45,320 bases of DNA from Betaproteobacteria bacterium (GCA_031368125.1 JANLQZ010000804.1:1-45320); one strand, 5' to 3'; positions 8,497 through 18,361 are shown, numbered from the stretch's first letter. Notes: generated from the sequence alone by a model not told the origin. Translations and numbers: made by a program.

Positions 8497-9963
8497 CTAG
8501 CCTTGGGCCTGAATCGGGGTCATCTTCCAGAAATAGCGCGGATAGCCCCGCGCCCTGTCCACGTCCTTGACACGGAACACGGCGCGCAGCGGCATGCCCG
8601 CCTCGACACCCTTGGCGTCGAGGTCCACCATTTCCATGAGCACCCGGGCGCCGTTGGCGAACTGCACGAAACCGACATACAGCGGGGGAGCGGGATGGTA
8701 GGACAACCAGTCGGCGGTGTAGGTCAGCACCTTGGCCGGCTCCTCGGTCAGGCTGACCTGTTCGAACTGGGCCTGCGGAGCGTTGCACTGCGGGTTGGCG
8801 CAGTACGGCAGCTGCGGGAACTGGAAGGTTCCGCATTTGGTGCACTTGCCGGCCACGAAATGGCCGAGCTGCTCGCTGGAGCGGTACTGCTCGGTGAAAG
8901 CGGTCTTGAGGACCTTTTCGCTGCGCATGCCCCATTCCAGGTCGATGCCGTCGTCGTACGACAACATGCGCAGGTAGTCGGCGTGGGACTGGCCGTCGCC
9001 GAGCGCACGGCTCACGCCACGCTTCGGCTTGAAGTCGGCAATTGCATCGGTGACCCGCAATACCAATATGTCGCAACCCTGGCCGAAACCGACCAGCAGT
9101 ACCACGTCGCCGGCGGCCGCCGACTCGAGCACCCGCGCCAGCATGACCAGCCCATGTGCCGAGCCGCAGTATCCGCAGTCTTCCTCCAGGGCGTTGGCCT
9201 CGACCCCGGCCGCCAGCCCCAGTTTGCGCGCGAGCATCGTTGCAACACCCTTGAATGGCGTCGGCAGAATGAAATGCTTGACAGCGTCGGCCGATACACC
9301 GGCATCGGCCAGCGCAGCCTTGACGGCGCCGGGCACGAGCTTCATGTAACCTTCGTCGCGGATCCAGCGCTCTTCCCAGTAGTAGTCGTATTTGCCGTCG
9401 GCCGAGCGGAAGTGGTCCACGAACAGCGCGCTGCTGCTGGCCGAGCCCTCCATCGTGGCCAGCACGCATTGGGTGCCGAGCGTGAAGGCCGCGGCACCGG
9501 CACCGAAGCTGATTTCCTGCGTGCTGGCCGGCTTGCCGCGGGGACGGTCGCTGGCAACGACCAGCGCCGGGCCGCTGGCATCACGGAACGCCGCCATCAG
9601 GGCCGAGGTCCCGGCCCGTTGCGACTGCCCGATGTCCAGCGTCTGGATATCGTGCCGCAGCCCCAGCGCGCCGGCGATGATGGCCGCGTTCTGCAGGTCC
9701 GCAAACGGCATCGTGGTGGAGGCGAACGACAGGCGGTCGATCGTGGCCACCTGGTGGGCAGGCACAGCGTCGCGGGCCGCCGCGACCGCCATGGTGACGC
9801 TGTCCTCGTCCCAGCTGCAAAACGCACGCCGGCCCTTGGCCAGGGAACGCAGCGCGGGTGCCATCCACTTGTGGGCGGCAGCGATGGCGCTGCGCTCCAT
9901 GCGCAGGCGGGGCACGTACCCGCCGAATCCGGTAATGCCGTAAGCACTTGCTGAAGTCACCAT
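8497..9963 (-). CDS. HMG-CoA synthase-like domain fused to DUF35 Zn-ribbon/OB-fold (thiolase partner)
   Basis: N-terminal GITGFGGYVPRLR, DEDSVTMAV.AA and GAGAAA; C-terminal CTKC...CANPQC zinc ribbon plus OB-fold ending RYFWKMTP. Start uncertain (9963 or 9978). Confidence 0.85.
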   Translation of the reverse strand: MVTSASAYGITGFGGYVPRLRMERSAIAAAHKWMAPALRSLAKGRRAFCSWDEDSVTMAVAAARDAVPAHQVATIDRLSFASTTMPFADLQNAAIIAGALGLRHDIQTLDIGQSQRAGTSALMAAFRDASGPALVVASDRPRGKPASTQEISFGAGAAAFTLGTQCVLATMEGSASSSALFVDHFRSADGKYDYYWEERWIRDEGYMKLVPGAVKAALADAGVSADAVKHFILPTPFKGVATMLARKLGLAAGVEANALEEDCGYCGSAHGLVMLARVLESAAAGDVVLLVGFGQGCDILVLRVTDAIADFKPKRGVSRALGDGQSHADYLRMLSYDDGIDLEWGMRSEKVLKTAFTEQYRSSEQLGHFVAGKCTKCGTFQFPQLPYCANPQCNAPQAQFEQVSLTEEPAKVLTYTADWLSYHPAPPLYVGFVQFANGARVLMEMVDLDAKGVEAGMPLRAVFRVKDVDRARGYPRYFWKMTPIQAQG

Positions 9964-10000
9964 GGTGGGCCGATCCATTGAGCGGAGTTGAGATTTTTAA

Positions 10001-10032
10001 TATGCAACAATACCATAATCATGAGCATGGTA
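10001..10032. promoter_or_regulatory. Partial TA-lattice element in the divergent promoter region
   Basis: TA at 10001, 10011, 10016 and 10031 in 5-bp phase within an AT-rich stretch. Confidence 0.35.
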
Positions 10033-11592
10033 TTCAACACACTGGTGCAGGCGGGCCTTCGTTACTGGAGTTACGTCCATCCTGACCGCGTCGCGGTGGC
10101 GGTGGGGGAGTTGACGCTGACTTACGAACAGCTTGAGCAACAGGCAAACCGGCTCGCCCGCGTATTCGACGCCTTCGGACTGGCGCGCGGCGACCATGTG
10201 GCCGTGCTCCTGCCCAACGGCCCTTTTGTGATCGTCGTGGCGTGGGCCGCCTACCGCCGGGGCCTGTATTTCACACCGGTGTCGACTGCGCTCTCCACGC
10301 CCGACACCGCCTACATCCTTGGCAATTGCCAGGCCAAACTGGTGGTTGCGCAAGGCCCCGCAAAGTCTGCATTGACCGACCTGCCAGGCCTGGTGGGTGC
10401 CGGCGCTATTGCCTGGCTGTCGCACGGCGAGCCGATCGCCGGTTATGAATCCGTCGAATCGCGGTTGGCGCAACTGGCCGACGGGCCCAGCGACCAGGAG
10501 TGCCCGGGCGCGCTCATGTTGTACACATCGGGCACGACCGGTTTTCCCAAAGGTGTCTGGCGGCCCCTGCCCGACGCGGGTTATGTGGGCCCGCCGACCT
10601 TTGCCGCCGACTTGATCTCCGTCTTCCAGCTCGATGCCGACTCGCGCTACCTGCTGACCGGCCCGCTCTACCACGCCGCCTCATTGCGCGCCGTGCTCGC
10701 AGTCACGGCATCGGGCGGGACCGCCATCTGTCTGCAGAAGTTCGACGCCGAGACCGCCCTGCGCACCGTCATGGCGCAACGGGTGACCCATTCGCAGTGG
10801 GTGCCCACCATGCTGCAGCGCATACTGCGCCTGCCGGAGGACGTGCGCATGAGTTACAACGCACCGGACCACAAGTTGGCGTACCACGCGGCGGCGCCCT
10901 GTCCGGCATCTGTCAAGCGCGCCATGATCGACTGGTGGGGTCCGATCATCATGGAGTACTACGCAGGCTCCGAGAGTGTCGGCATGACCGTCATCACCGC
11001 GCATGAATGGCTGGCCCATCCGGGTTCGGTCGGTCGGGTATTGCGCGGCGTGCCCCATATCCTGGACGACGACTGGAACGAGTTACCCCCGGGGAAGGCG
11101 GGGCGCATTTACTTCTCCGGGTTGACGGCTTTTCAGTATTTCGGTGATCCGGACAAGACCGCCGGGCGCACCAGTGCGCAGGGCTACCAGACGCTGGGGG
11201 ACATTGGTTACCTCGACGAGGAGGGCTTCCTGTACCTGACCGACCGCATGGACGACATGATCATCTCCGGCGGTGTCAATGTCTACCCGCAGGAGATCGA
11301 GGCGGCCATCGCAGAGCTCCCCGAAGTGGTAGATGTCGGCGTCATCGGCGTCGCGGACGAGGAATATGGAGAACGACCGGTCGCGTTCATCGCGGGCGCC
11401 GTCGGCGCCGACCCGCACGCACTGGAGCGCCTGGTGCGTGCCCACTGCGAAAAGCGCCTGGGAAGCATCAAGCGGCCGGTGCGCTATGTGGTGATGCCGG
11501 AATTGCCACGCTCCGCCGCCGGCAAGATGCTGCGGCGGGAATTGCGCAAGCAGGTCGCGGAAACACGGCCGTCATCGACCACGGACGGATAG
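10021..11592 (+). CDS. Acyl-CoA synthetase (AMP-forming)
   Basis: MLYTSGTTGFPKG, EYYAGSE, TLGDIGYLD, TDRMDDMIISGGVN and GKMLR motifs. Start uncertain. Confidence 0.9.
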   Translation: MSMVFNTLVQAGLRYWSYVHPDRVAVAVGELTLTYEQLEQQANRLARVFDAFGLARGDHVAVLLPNGPFVIVVAWAAYRRGLYFTPVSTALSTPDTAYILGNCQAKLVVAQGPAKSALTDLPGLVGAGAIAWLSHGEPIAGYESVESRLAQLADGPSDQECPGALMLYTSGTTGFPKGVWRPLPDAGYVGPPTFAADLISVFQLDADSRYLLTGPLYHAASLRAVLAVTASGGTAICLQKFDAETALRTVMAQRVTHSQWVPTMLQRILRLPEDVRMSYNAPDHKLAYHAAAPCPASVKRAMIDWWGPIIMEYYAGSESVGMTVITAHEWLAHPGSVGRVLRGVPHILDDDWNELPPGKAGRIYFSGLTAFQYFGDPDKTAGRTSAQGYQTLGDIGYLDEEGFLYLTDRMDDMIISGGVNVYPQEIEAAIAELPEVVDVGVIGVADEEYGERPVAFIAGAVGADPHALERLVRAHCEKRLGSIKRPVRYVVMPELPRSAAGKMLRRELRKQVAETRPSSTTDG

Positions 11593-11644
11593 TACGCCAC
11601 GATACGATCTTCTTGCTTACTTGATCACTCATGGAGACAACTGC

Positions 11645-12669
11645 ATGCGCATTTTCACCGTCCTTCGGGGGCGCCGAACCGGCATCACACGGCTCGTGGC
11701 TTTGGCGACACTGGCGTTAGGCGCCGGGCTGACGCTCACCCACGGCGCCGCGGCAGCGGCAGACTACCCGGAGCGGCCGATCAAGTTGATCTCCCCCTAC
11801 GCGCCTGGCGGCATTGCCGATCCGGTCGGCCGCGCCTTGGCCGAAGGCATGGCCCAGGATCTCGGCCAGTCGCTGGTGGTGGAAAACAAATCCGGCGCCG
11901 GCACCATGATCGGTGCCGCCGCTGTAGCCGGCGCACCCGCCAACGGCTACACCGTGCTGATCGCGGCCAACGCCCTGGTGTGAACCCGCTGCTGTACAGG
12001 AAGATGCCCTATGCAGCCAGCGACCTGCGCGTGATCGCCATCGTCGCCGAAGCACCGCTGGTGGTGGGCATCAGCAACAAGGTGCCGGCAAAGACCATGA
12101 AGGAATTTGCGGCCTACGCGAAGACCGTCAAGCAGCACCTGAACTACGCATCGGTCGGCCGCGGCAATACGCTGCACCTGGCCACCGAGTTGTTCAAGAC
12201 CGCCGGTGGCTTCGACCTGCAGGAGATCATGTACGCCGGCAAGTCCGGCGAAGCGCTGACCTCGGTGTTGACCGGCGACGTCGATCTGTTCATCACGGTC
12301 GTCGCGCAGGCCACCACCCAGATCCAGGCCGGCAAGATGCGCGCCCTGGCCGTCACGACCCGGACCCGGCTCAAGGCCTTGCCGGCCTTGCCGGATGTGC
12401 CGACCACGGCGGAAGCGGGTTTCCCGGACGTGGTCGGCGCCACGTGGTATGGCCTGGCCGTGCATTCGTCCACACCGGAGCCGATCGTGGAGCGCCTGCG
12501 CGCATCGGTTGACAAGGTGATCAAGCAGGAATCCTTCCGCGCCCAGTTCAACACACTGGGCCTGCAGGTGCAGGACCCGCGCTCCAACGCCGAGGTGCTG
12601 CGTTTTGTCAATGACGAACGCGCGCGCAGCGAACCTATCATCAAGAAGTTCGATATCCGGCTGGACTGA
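11645..12669 (+). pseudogene. Bug/TctC tripartite tricarboxylate transporter binding protein, frameshifted
   Basis: N-half (YPERPIKLISPYAPGG, VENKSGAG, NGYT) stops at TGA 11981-11983. C-half (NPLLY.KMPY, LPDVPT.AEAG, WYGL) continues in the shifted frame from 11980, a 1-bp loss. Confidence 0.85.
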
Positions 12670-12688
12670 CCACGCCCGTCCAGCGACG

Positions 12689-13855
12689 TCAGTACGACTT
12701 CGGCAGGCCCAGCACCTTTTCGGCGATGAAACTCAGGATCAGTTGCGGCGAGATCGGCGCGATGCGTGGCAACATGGCCTCGCGGAAATAGCGCTCGACA
12801 TGGTATTCCTTGGCGTAACCCATGCCCCCGTGCGTGAGCACCGCGGTTTCGCAGGCCCGAAAACCCGCCTCGGCGCAGAAGAACTTGGCGGCATTGGCCT
12901 CGGCGCCACAGGACCGGCCCTGGTCGTACAACCAGGCAGCGCGCTGGTACAGCAGGGTGCCGGCCTCCAGATCGACCCAGCGCTCGGCCAGCGGATGCTG
13001 GATGCCCTGGTTCTTGCCGATCGGCCGGTCGAACACGACGCGCTCGCCGGCATATTTGGCCGCACGCTGCAACGCGACCCGGCCCAGGCCGGTGGCCTCG
13101 GCAGCCAGCAGCACGCGCTCAGGGTTGAGCCCGTGCAGGATGTACTCGAAGCCACGACCCTCCTCGCCGATGCGGTCTTCGACCGGAATTTCCAGGCCGT
13201 CGATGAACAGCTGGTTCGAGTCGACCGCTTTGCGCCCCAGCTTTTCGATCTCGCGCACTTCGATCTTGCTGCGATCCAGATCGGTGTAGAACAGGCTCAG
13301 GCCCTGCGCCTTGGACTTGACGTCTTCCAGCGGCGTTGTGCGCGCCAGCAACAGGATCTTGTGCGCCACCTGGGCGGTCGAGATCCACACCTTCTGGCCG
13401 TGCACCACGTATTTGTCGCCCTTGCGCACCGCCATGGTCTTCAAGGCCAGGGTGTTGAGACCGGTATTGGGCTCGGTGACGCCGAAACAGGCCTTGTTCT
13501 GGCCATTGATGATGGGTGGCAGCCAGCGGCGCTTCTGCTCCTCGTTGCCATGCACCACCACCGGGTGCAGGCCGAACACGTTCATGTGGATCGCCGAGGC
13601 GCCCGAGAGCCCGGCACCGGAACCCGATACCGCCTCCATCATGATGGCAGCCTCGGAAATGCCCAGGCCCGCACCACCGTATTCGGTCGGCATGGCGATG
13701 CCGAGCCAGCCGGCGGCCGCCATGGCCGAATAGAAGTCCTCGGGGAAGCCTCCTTCGCGGTCCTTGCGCAGCCAGTACTCGTCCGGATAATCGGCGCACA
13801 CCGCGGCGACGGCGCTGCGGATCGCGTGCTGGTCGTCAGACAGGTCGAAGTTCAT
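12689..13855 (-). CDS. Acyl-CoA dehydrogenase
   Basis: CFGVTEP, GQKVWIS, IGEEGRGF, LNPERV, RVVFDRPIG.NQGIQ and THGGMGYAKEYHVERYFRE. Confidence 0.93.
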   Translation of the reverse strand: MNFDLSDDQHAIRSAVAAVCADYPDEYWLRKDREGGFPEDFYSAMAAAGWLGIAMPTEYGGAGLGISEAAIMMEAVSGSGAGLSGASAIHMNVFGLHPVVVHGNEEQKRRWLPPIINGQNKACFGVTEPNTGLNTLALKTMAVRKGDKYVVHGQKVWISTAQVAHKILLLARTTPLEDVKSKAQGLSLFYTDLDRSKIEVREIEKLGRKAVDSNQLFIDGLEIPVEDRIGEEGRGFEYILHGLNPERVLLAAEATGLGRVALQRAAKYAGERVVFDRPIGKNQGIQHPLAERWVDLEAGTLLYQRAAWLYDQGRSCGAEANAAKFFCAEAGFRACETAVLTHGGMGYAKEYHVERYFREAMLPRIAPISPQLILSFIAEKVLGLPKSY

Positions 13856-13874
13856 GGCGCACCTGGATGAAATT

Positions 13875-13897
13875 TAGCATACTGTATTGTACAATAC
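13875..13897. promoter_or_regulatory. Perfect five-unit TA lattice containing the 14-bp palindrome GTATTGTACAATAC, upstream of the ACAD
   Basis: TAGcaTACtgTATtgTACaaTAC with TA at 13875, 13880, 13885, 13890 and 13895; palindrome at 13884-13897. Confidence 0.65.
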
Positions 13898-14020
13898 GAA
13901 TTCACGCCCCACGATCCTCCTTGACTCGAAGCGCCGCCCCGCCGGCACCAATGTCAAACCGGCTGGTCGGGTGCGCATGGCGCTACGTCGCCGTTGCCAC
14001 TCGCATCGGCATGCGAAAAA

Positions 14021-14992
14021 TCACTCCGGCTGGATACCCGCGGCCTTGATCTTGTCGCGCCAGCCGACCAATTGCTGGCGCATGTAGGCCAGCAGTTCGG
14101 TAGCGGTGCCGGGTGACACATCGGCGCCGAGCGAAGTCAGCCGGTCCACCACCTCCTTGCGCGCCAGGATGCGGTTGAGCGATGCACTGAGCCTGGCGGT
14201 GATGTCGGGCGGCATCCCGGCCGGGCCAAGCACGCCCACCCAGGCCGCCAGGTCGAAACCGGGCAGGTTCGCGCTGGCTGCCAGCGGAGGCAGGTCGGGA
14301 GCCAGCGGGCTCCTGGCCTCGGTGGTCACGGCCAGGCCGCGCAAGCGGCCAGCCTTCATCAGTGGCTGGCTGGATGCGAGATCGACAAACAGATAGGTGA
14401 CTTCACCGCTGACCAGCGCCGTCAAGGCTTGCGGCGTGCTCTTGTAGGGGACGGCAAGTGCATTCAGGCCAGCCAGGTTGCTGAGTGCCGCCCCCGCAAT
14501 CTGGCCGGTGCTGTTGCCGTAGGCGAAACTGACCTTGTCCGGCTGGGCTTTGGCATAGGCCTTGAGGTCCGCAAAACTCCGGATTGGCTGGTCCGCCGGA
14601 ACGGCAAGGATGAACAGGAAATTGCAGATCCGCGCGATCGGCGTGAAGTCGTTGATCGGGTCGTATGGCAACTTCTTGAACAGGTGCGGATTGCCCGAAT
14701 GGACCGTGTTGGTGCTCAGGAACAGCGTGTAGCCGTCGGGCGCCGCCTTGGCCACGAGTTCCGCGGCGATCATGCCCGACGCGCCGGGCTTGTTGTCCAC
14801 CACGAAGGCCTGGCCGTACTCGGCCTGCAACTCCTGCGCCAGCAGGCGAGCAACGATGTCGCTGGCGCTGCCGGCCGCAAAAGCCGTGACGATTTTCACC
14901 GGTTTGGCCGGCCAGGCCTGCGACCACGCCGAGCCGCCCACCAGTGCCAGTACAAAAAGCGCCGCGCCGCGCCACCATCGCATCGGTTTCAT
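14021..14992 (-). CDS. Bug/TctC tripartite tricarboxylate transporter substrate-binding protein
   Basis: Signal peptide, WPAKPVKIV..FAAGSASD, VDNKPGASG, APDGYTL and C-terminal AGIQPE. Confidence 0.93.
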   Translation of the reverse strand: MKPMRWWRGAALFVLALVGGSAWSQAWPAKPVKIVTAFAAGSASDIVARLLAQELQAEYGQAFVVDNKPGASGMIAAELVAKAAPDGYTLFLSTNTVHSGNPHLFKKLPYDPINDFTPIARICNFLFILAVPADQPIRSFADLKAYAKAQPDKVSFAYGNSTGQIAGAALSNLAGLNALAVPYKSTPQALTALVSGEVTYLFVDLASSQPLMKAGRLRGLAVTTEARSPLAPDLPPLAASANLPGFDLAAWVGVLGPAGMPPDITARLSASLNRILARKEVVDRLTSLGADVSPGTATELLAYMRQQLVGWRDKIKAAGIQPE

Positions 14993-15035
14993 CGAGTCTC
15001 CTCTAGTTTGTATGCTTGCACACTTTACACCAGAT

Positions 15036-16058
15036 TCAATCCTGGTCGATGCGGATCAGGCGTTTGCCCAGGTTGTCGCCTCGGTACAGGCCGGCAATCG
15101 CCTCGGGCGCGTGTTCCATGCCGTTTTGCACATCCTCCAGGTATTTGAGTTTGCCCGCGCGAATCCAGCCGGCGATGTCGTGGTAGGCGGCCTCATGCTG
15201 GTCGGCGTGGTCGAAGATGACAAAACCCTGCATGCGTGCGCGTTTGACCAGCAGGTGGCGCTCGACGCGCGGCCCCATCGGTGCGGGGTTCCAGCTGGGC
15301 ACCGACGCCGTGCCGCAGATGACCACCCTGGCACCCACATTGAGGCGCTCCATCACGGCGTCGCTGATCGGCCCGGCGGTGTTGTCGAAGTAGACATCCA
15401 CACCCTGGGGGCAGGCGGCCGCCAGCGCCACCTGCCAACCGTCGGCCTTGTAGTCGACCGCTACGTCAAACCCGAACTCCGTCCGGCAGAGGCCCGCCTT
15501 GCGCGCGCCGCCGGTGATACCCACGGTTCGACACCCCTTGATTGCGGCAATCTGGCCGACGCAGGAACCCACCGAACCCGCTGCCGTCGACACCACCACG
15601 GTTTCGCCCGCCGTCGGAGTACCCAGCGCCAGCAAGCCATAGTGCGCAGTAGCGCCGTTGATGCCCAGAACGCCCAGGGCGGTGGAGACCGGGAGATCCG
15701 ATATTCCGATCTTGCGCTGGATCACTGCGGCATCGACCACCGCATAGTCCTGCCAGCCCAGCAAGCCGGTCACGTGCTCCCCTGCCCGGTAGTCGGGATG
15801 GCGGGATTCCAGCACCCGGGCAACCGTGAACGAGCGCATGACGGCACCTATGGCCACCGGGTCCGAGTAGTTGCGCACTGCGCTGACCCAGCCCCGCATC
15901 GCCGGCTCCACGGACAGATAGATATTGCGCACCAGCACCTGGCCGTCGGCGAGCGCCGGTATCGGCGTGCGCACGATCTCGAAATCGGATGCCTGCGGTA
16001 TCCCTTCGGGTCGGGATACCAGCACGACCTGGCGGTTCATGGCGGTCTTCACATTCAT
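15036..16058 (-). CDS. NADP-dependent oxidoreductase (MDR, CurA/prostaglandin reductase-like C=C reductase)
   Basis: SRPEGIP, YLSVEPAMRG, LGVLG..GATA.YGL, STAAGSVG, DVYFDN and NLGK. Confidence 0.88.
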   Translation of the reverse strand: MNVKTAMNRQVVLVSRPEGIPQASDFEIVRTPIPALADGQVLVRNIYLSVEPAMRGWVSAVRNYSDPVAIGAVMRSFTVARVLESRHPDYRAGEHVTGLLGWQDYAVVDAAVIQRKIGISDLPVSTALGVLGINGATAHYGLLALGTPTAGETVVVSTAAGSVGSCVGQIAAIKGCRTVGITGGARKAGLCRTEFGFDVAVDYKADGWQVALAAACPQGVDVYFDNTAGPISDAVMERLNVGARVVICGTASVPSWNPAPMGPRVERHLLVKRARMQGFVIFDHADQHEAAYHDIAGWIRAGKLKYLEDVQNGMEHAPEAIAGLYRGDNLGKRLIRIDQD

Positions 16059-16101
16059 CTCCTCGTGATTGGATTTCGACCCATCAATCTTACGCGTTTG
16101 T

Positions 16102-16119
16102 TATAGTATGCTGACATAT
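16102..16119. promoter_or_regulatory. Partial TA lattice in divergent promoter
   Basis: TATagTATgcTGAcaTAT; TA at 16102, 16107 and 16117. Confidence 0.35.
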
Positions 16120-16159
16120 CAAATGCGCCTTCGAGGCGCGCCGCATCGAAAGGAATCCC

Positions 16160-16615
16160 ATGGCAGGCTTGTGGTTTGAGCAATTCACGATCGGGCAGGA
16201 ATTCGAACACGAGATCCGGCGTACCGTCACCGAGGCAGACAACATCTGGTTTTGCGGCGCTACCTACAACCCGGCCGCAATTCACATCGACGCCGAGTAT
16301 TGCAAGGGGACCGAGTTCGGCAAACCACTCGTCAACAGCATCTTCACGCTGGGCCTGGTGATCGGACTGTCGGTGCAGGACACGACATTGGGTACCACCA
16401 TCGCCAACCTGGGCATGACCGACGTGCGTTTTCCGAAACCGGTGTTTGCCGGGGACACGATCCGCGCCAGGACGACCGTGCTGGAATCACGGGCCAGCCA
16501 ATCGCGCCCCGGCGCAGGCATCATCACGTTCCGCCACCGGGGCTTCAACCAGCGCGGCGAGGAGGTGGCCACACTGACGCGGCAGGCACTGATGCTCAGG
16601 AAGCCGCAGGCATGA
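16160..16615 (+). CDS. MaoC family single hot-dog dehydratase
   Basis: FEQF.IGQ, RTVTEADN, N.AAIHID, FPKPVFAGDT; RBS AAGGA. Confidence 0.9.
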   Translation: MAGLWFEQFTIGQEFEHEIRRTVTEADNIWFCGATYNPAAIHIDAEYCKGTEFGKPLVNSIFTLGLVIGLSVQDTTLGTTIANLGMTDVRFPKPVFAGDTIRARTTVLESRASQSRPGAGIITFRHRGFNQRGEEVATLTRQALMLRKPQA

Positions 16616-16694
16616 GGACTGTGTCGCTACCGCCTTGCGTCGTCGCTCTCGCCCGGCACCAGCCATCCAGCCCTGCCGTGGCGCGCCTCGACCA

Positions 16695-17486
16695 CTAACA
16701 GCCGCGAAACACCGGCTTGCGACGCTCGACCTGGGCCGCGATGCCCTCCTTCGCGTCGGCGCTCAATGCCACGCGCGCCAGCGCCATGGCCTCCAGCTCC
16801 AGCTGCGACTCCAGGTGTGCCGCACCGGCGCGCAGGAACAGGCGCTTGATCTCGCCGTAGGCCAGCGTCGGGCCTTCGGCGAATTCCTGGGCCAGCGCGA
16901 GCGCCTGCGCCTGCAGGTCGGCGTCCGGAACCACGCGATCCACCAGCCCTGTCTGCAGCGCCTCCTGGCCGCCCAGCACCTCGCGCAGCATGACAAAGCG
17001 GCGCGCACGCGCCACGCCCATGCGGGCGGTGAACGCGACGCTGGAGCCCGAATCGCAGCTGAAACCGATCTTGGCGAAGGCCGACCCGATCTTGGTCGAT
17101 TCACCCGCCATCACGATGTCGCAGCCGGCCAGCATCGCCGCCGCGCCGCCCATGGCCCAACCCTGCACGGCCACCACGATGGGCACCGGCAATTGCCAGG
17201 CGCGCTGCAGGCCCATGTGGAAATCGGCGGTCCAGGCGCGGACCAGGGGCGCCATGTTGTCCAGTTGCGGCAAGAAAGACTTCAGGTCGCCGCCGAAACT
17301 GAAGTTGTTGCCATCGGCGCGCATCAACACCGCGCGCAGGCGTGGTTCATTCCACAGGTCCATGAAGACCTGCTTGAAATCGCGCGCCATGTCGCTGTCG
17401 ATGGGGTTGCCGCGTTCCGGCTGCGCCAGGTTGACGATGGCCAGGCCGGCCTGCATCTCGACGCGAATGGAGGATGGATGTGTCAT
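16695..17486 (-). CDS. Crotonase-superfamily protein (PaaG-like enoyl-CoA isomerase/hydratase)
   Basis: FSFGGDL, AVQGWAMGG, SAFAKIGFSCDSG and RRKPVFRG. ATG overlaps the SDR stop (ATGA). Confidence 0.85.
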   Translation of the reverse strand: MTHPSSIRVEMQAGLAIVNLAQPERGNPIDSDMARDFKQVFMDLWNEPRLRAVLMRADGNNFSFGGDLKSFLPQLDNMAPLVRAWTADFHMGLQRAWQLPVPIVVAVQGWAMGGAAAMLAGCDIVMAGESTKIGSAFAKIGFSCDSGSSVAFTARMGVARARRFVMLREVLGGQEALQTGLVDRVVPDADLQAQALALAQEFAEGPTLAYGEIKRLFLRAGAAHLESQLELEAMALARVALSADAKEGIAAQVERRKPVFRGC

Positions 17487-18361
17487 GGCGTGGGGATCCC
17501 TTCTGTGAGAAGTTTGGGCAGGCTGGCGCGGTGGAAGGCCTCGAAGGGCTTGCTGCGGTGGTGGGGTTCGAGGTTCCAGGTGGTGCGTGCATTGGGCGTC
17601 CCGCCATCGACCCGTATGCAGCTTCCCGTGATATAGGCCGCCGCCGGAGAAAGCAGGTACACGATGGCGGCCGACACCTCGGACTCGGTGCCGTAACGCT
17701 GCAACGGCACCCGCTGCGGGAACTCCAGGATCTTGGCCTTGGCCTCGGACGAGTAGGTGTCGAAGCCACTGGACGCGATTCCACCGGGCGCCACGGTGTT
17801 GACGCGCACGCCCGAAGCGGCCCATTCGCAGGCCGCGGTCTCGGTGAGTGTGAGCATGCCGCCGCGGGCAGCCCCTGAATGCGCGAAGTCGGGCCAGCCG
17901 TTCCAGATGTCGGCAATGATGTTGACGATGGCCCCGCCATGCGCCTCCATCCAGCGCAGGTAGGCCTCGCGCATGAAGATGAAGCCGCCAGTCAGGTTGC
18001 TGCGCACCACCGCCTCGAAGCCCTTGGTCGAAATCGTCTTCATGGCGGTGCGGTACTGCCCGCCGGCGTTGTTGACCAGGCCGTCAAGCCGGCCGCGTAG
18101 CCGCAGCACGGCATCGATGGTGGCGCCCACGGCCAGTTCGTCGCGGATATCGCACACATGGGTGCTGGCGCTGCCACCGTCCTGCAGGATTTCCGCCTGG
18201 ACTGCCTCGAGCTTCTCTGCGGTTCGCCCCACCAGTGCCACATGTGCGCCCAAGGCCGCAAGCTCGTGGGCCGTGCAGCGGCCGATGCCACTGCCGCCGC
18301 CGGTGACGATGACCGTCTGGCCGGCAAACAGGGAGTCACGGAATACGGATTGGTAAGGCAT
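17483..18361 (-). CDS. SDR oxidoreductase, AtuB / peroxisomal trans-2-enoyl-CoA reductase-like
   Basis: YQSVFR..LFAGQTVIVTGGGSGIGRCTAHEL, NNAGGQY, HSGAARGG and GVRVN.VAPG.IASSG resemble Pseudomonas AtuB as recalled; not aligned. Confidence 0.82.
   Translation of the reverse strand: MPYQSVFRDSLFAGQTVIVTGGGSGIGRCTAHELAALGAHVALVGRTAEKLEAVQAEILQDGGSASTHVCDIRDELAVGATIDAVLRLRGRLDGLVNNAGGQYRTAMKTISTKGFEAVVRSNLTGGFIFMREAYLRWMEAHGGAIVNIIADIWNGWPDFAHSGAARGGMLTLTETAACEWAASGVRVNTVAPGGIASSGFDTYSSEAKAKILEFPQRVPLQRYGTESEVSAAIVYLLSPAAAYITGSCIRVDGGTPNARTTWNLEPHHRSKPFEAFHRASLPKLLTEGIPTP

Noticed and set aside
7286-9469. 727-aa ORF as a thiolase fusion
   Set aside because: The N-terminal part overlaps the HMGS-DUF35 gene in another frame; the real start is 8485.
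13880-13899. LexA/SOS box (TACTGTAT...)
   Set aside because: Lacks the right-hand ACAG of CTGT-N8-ACAG; better explained by the TA lattice.
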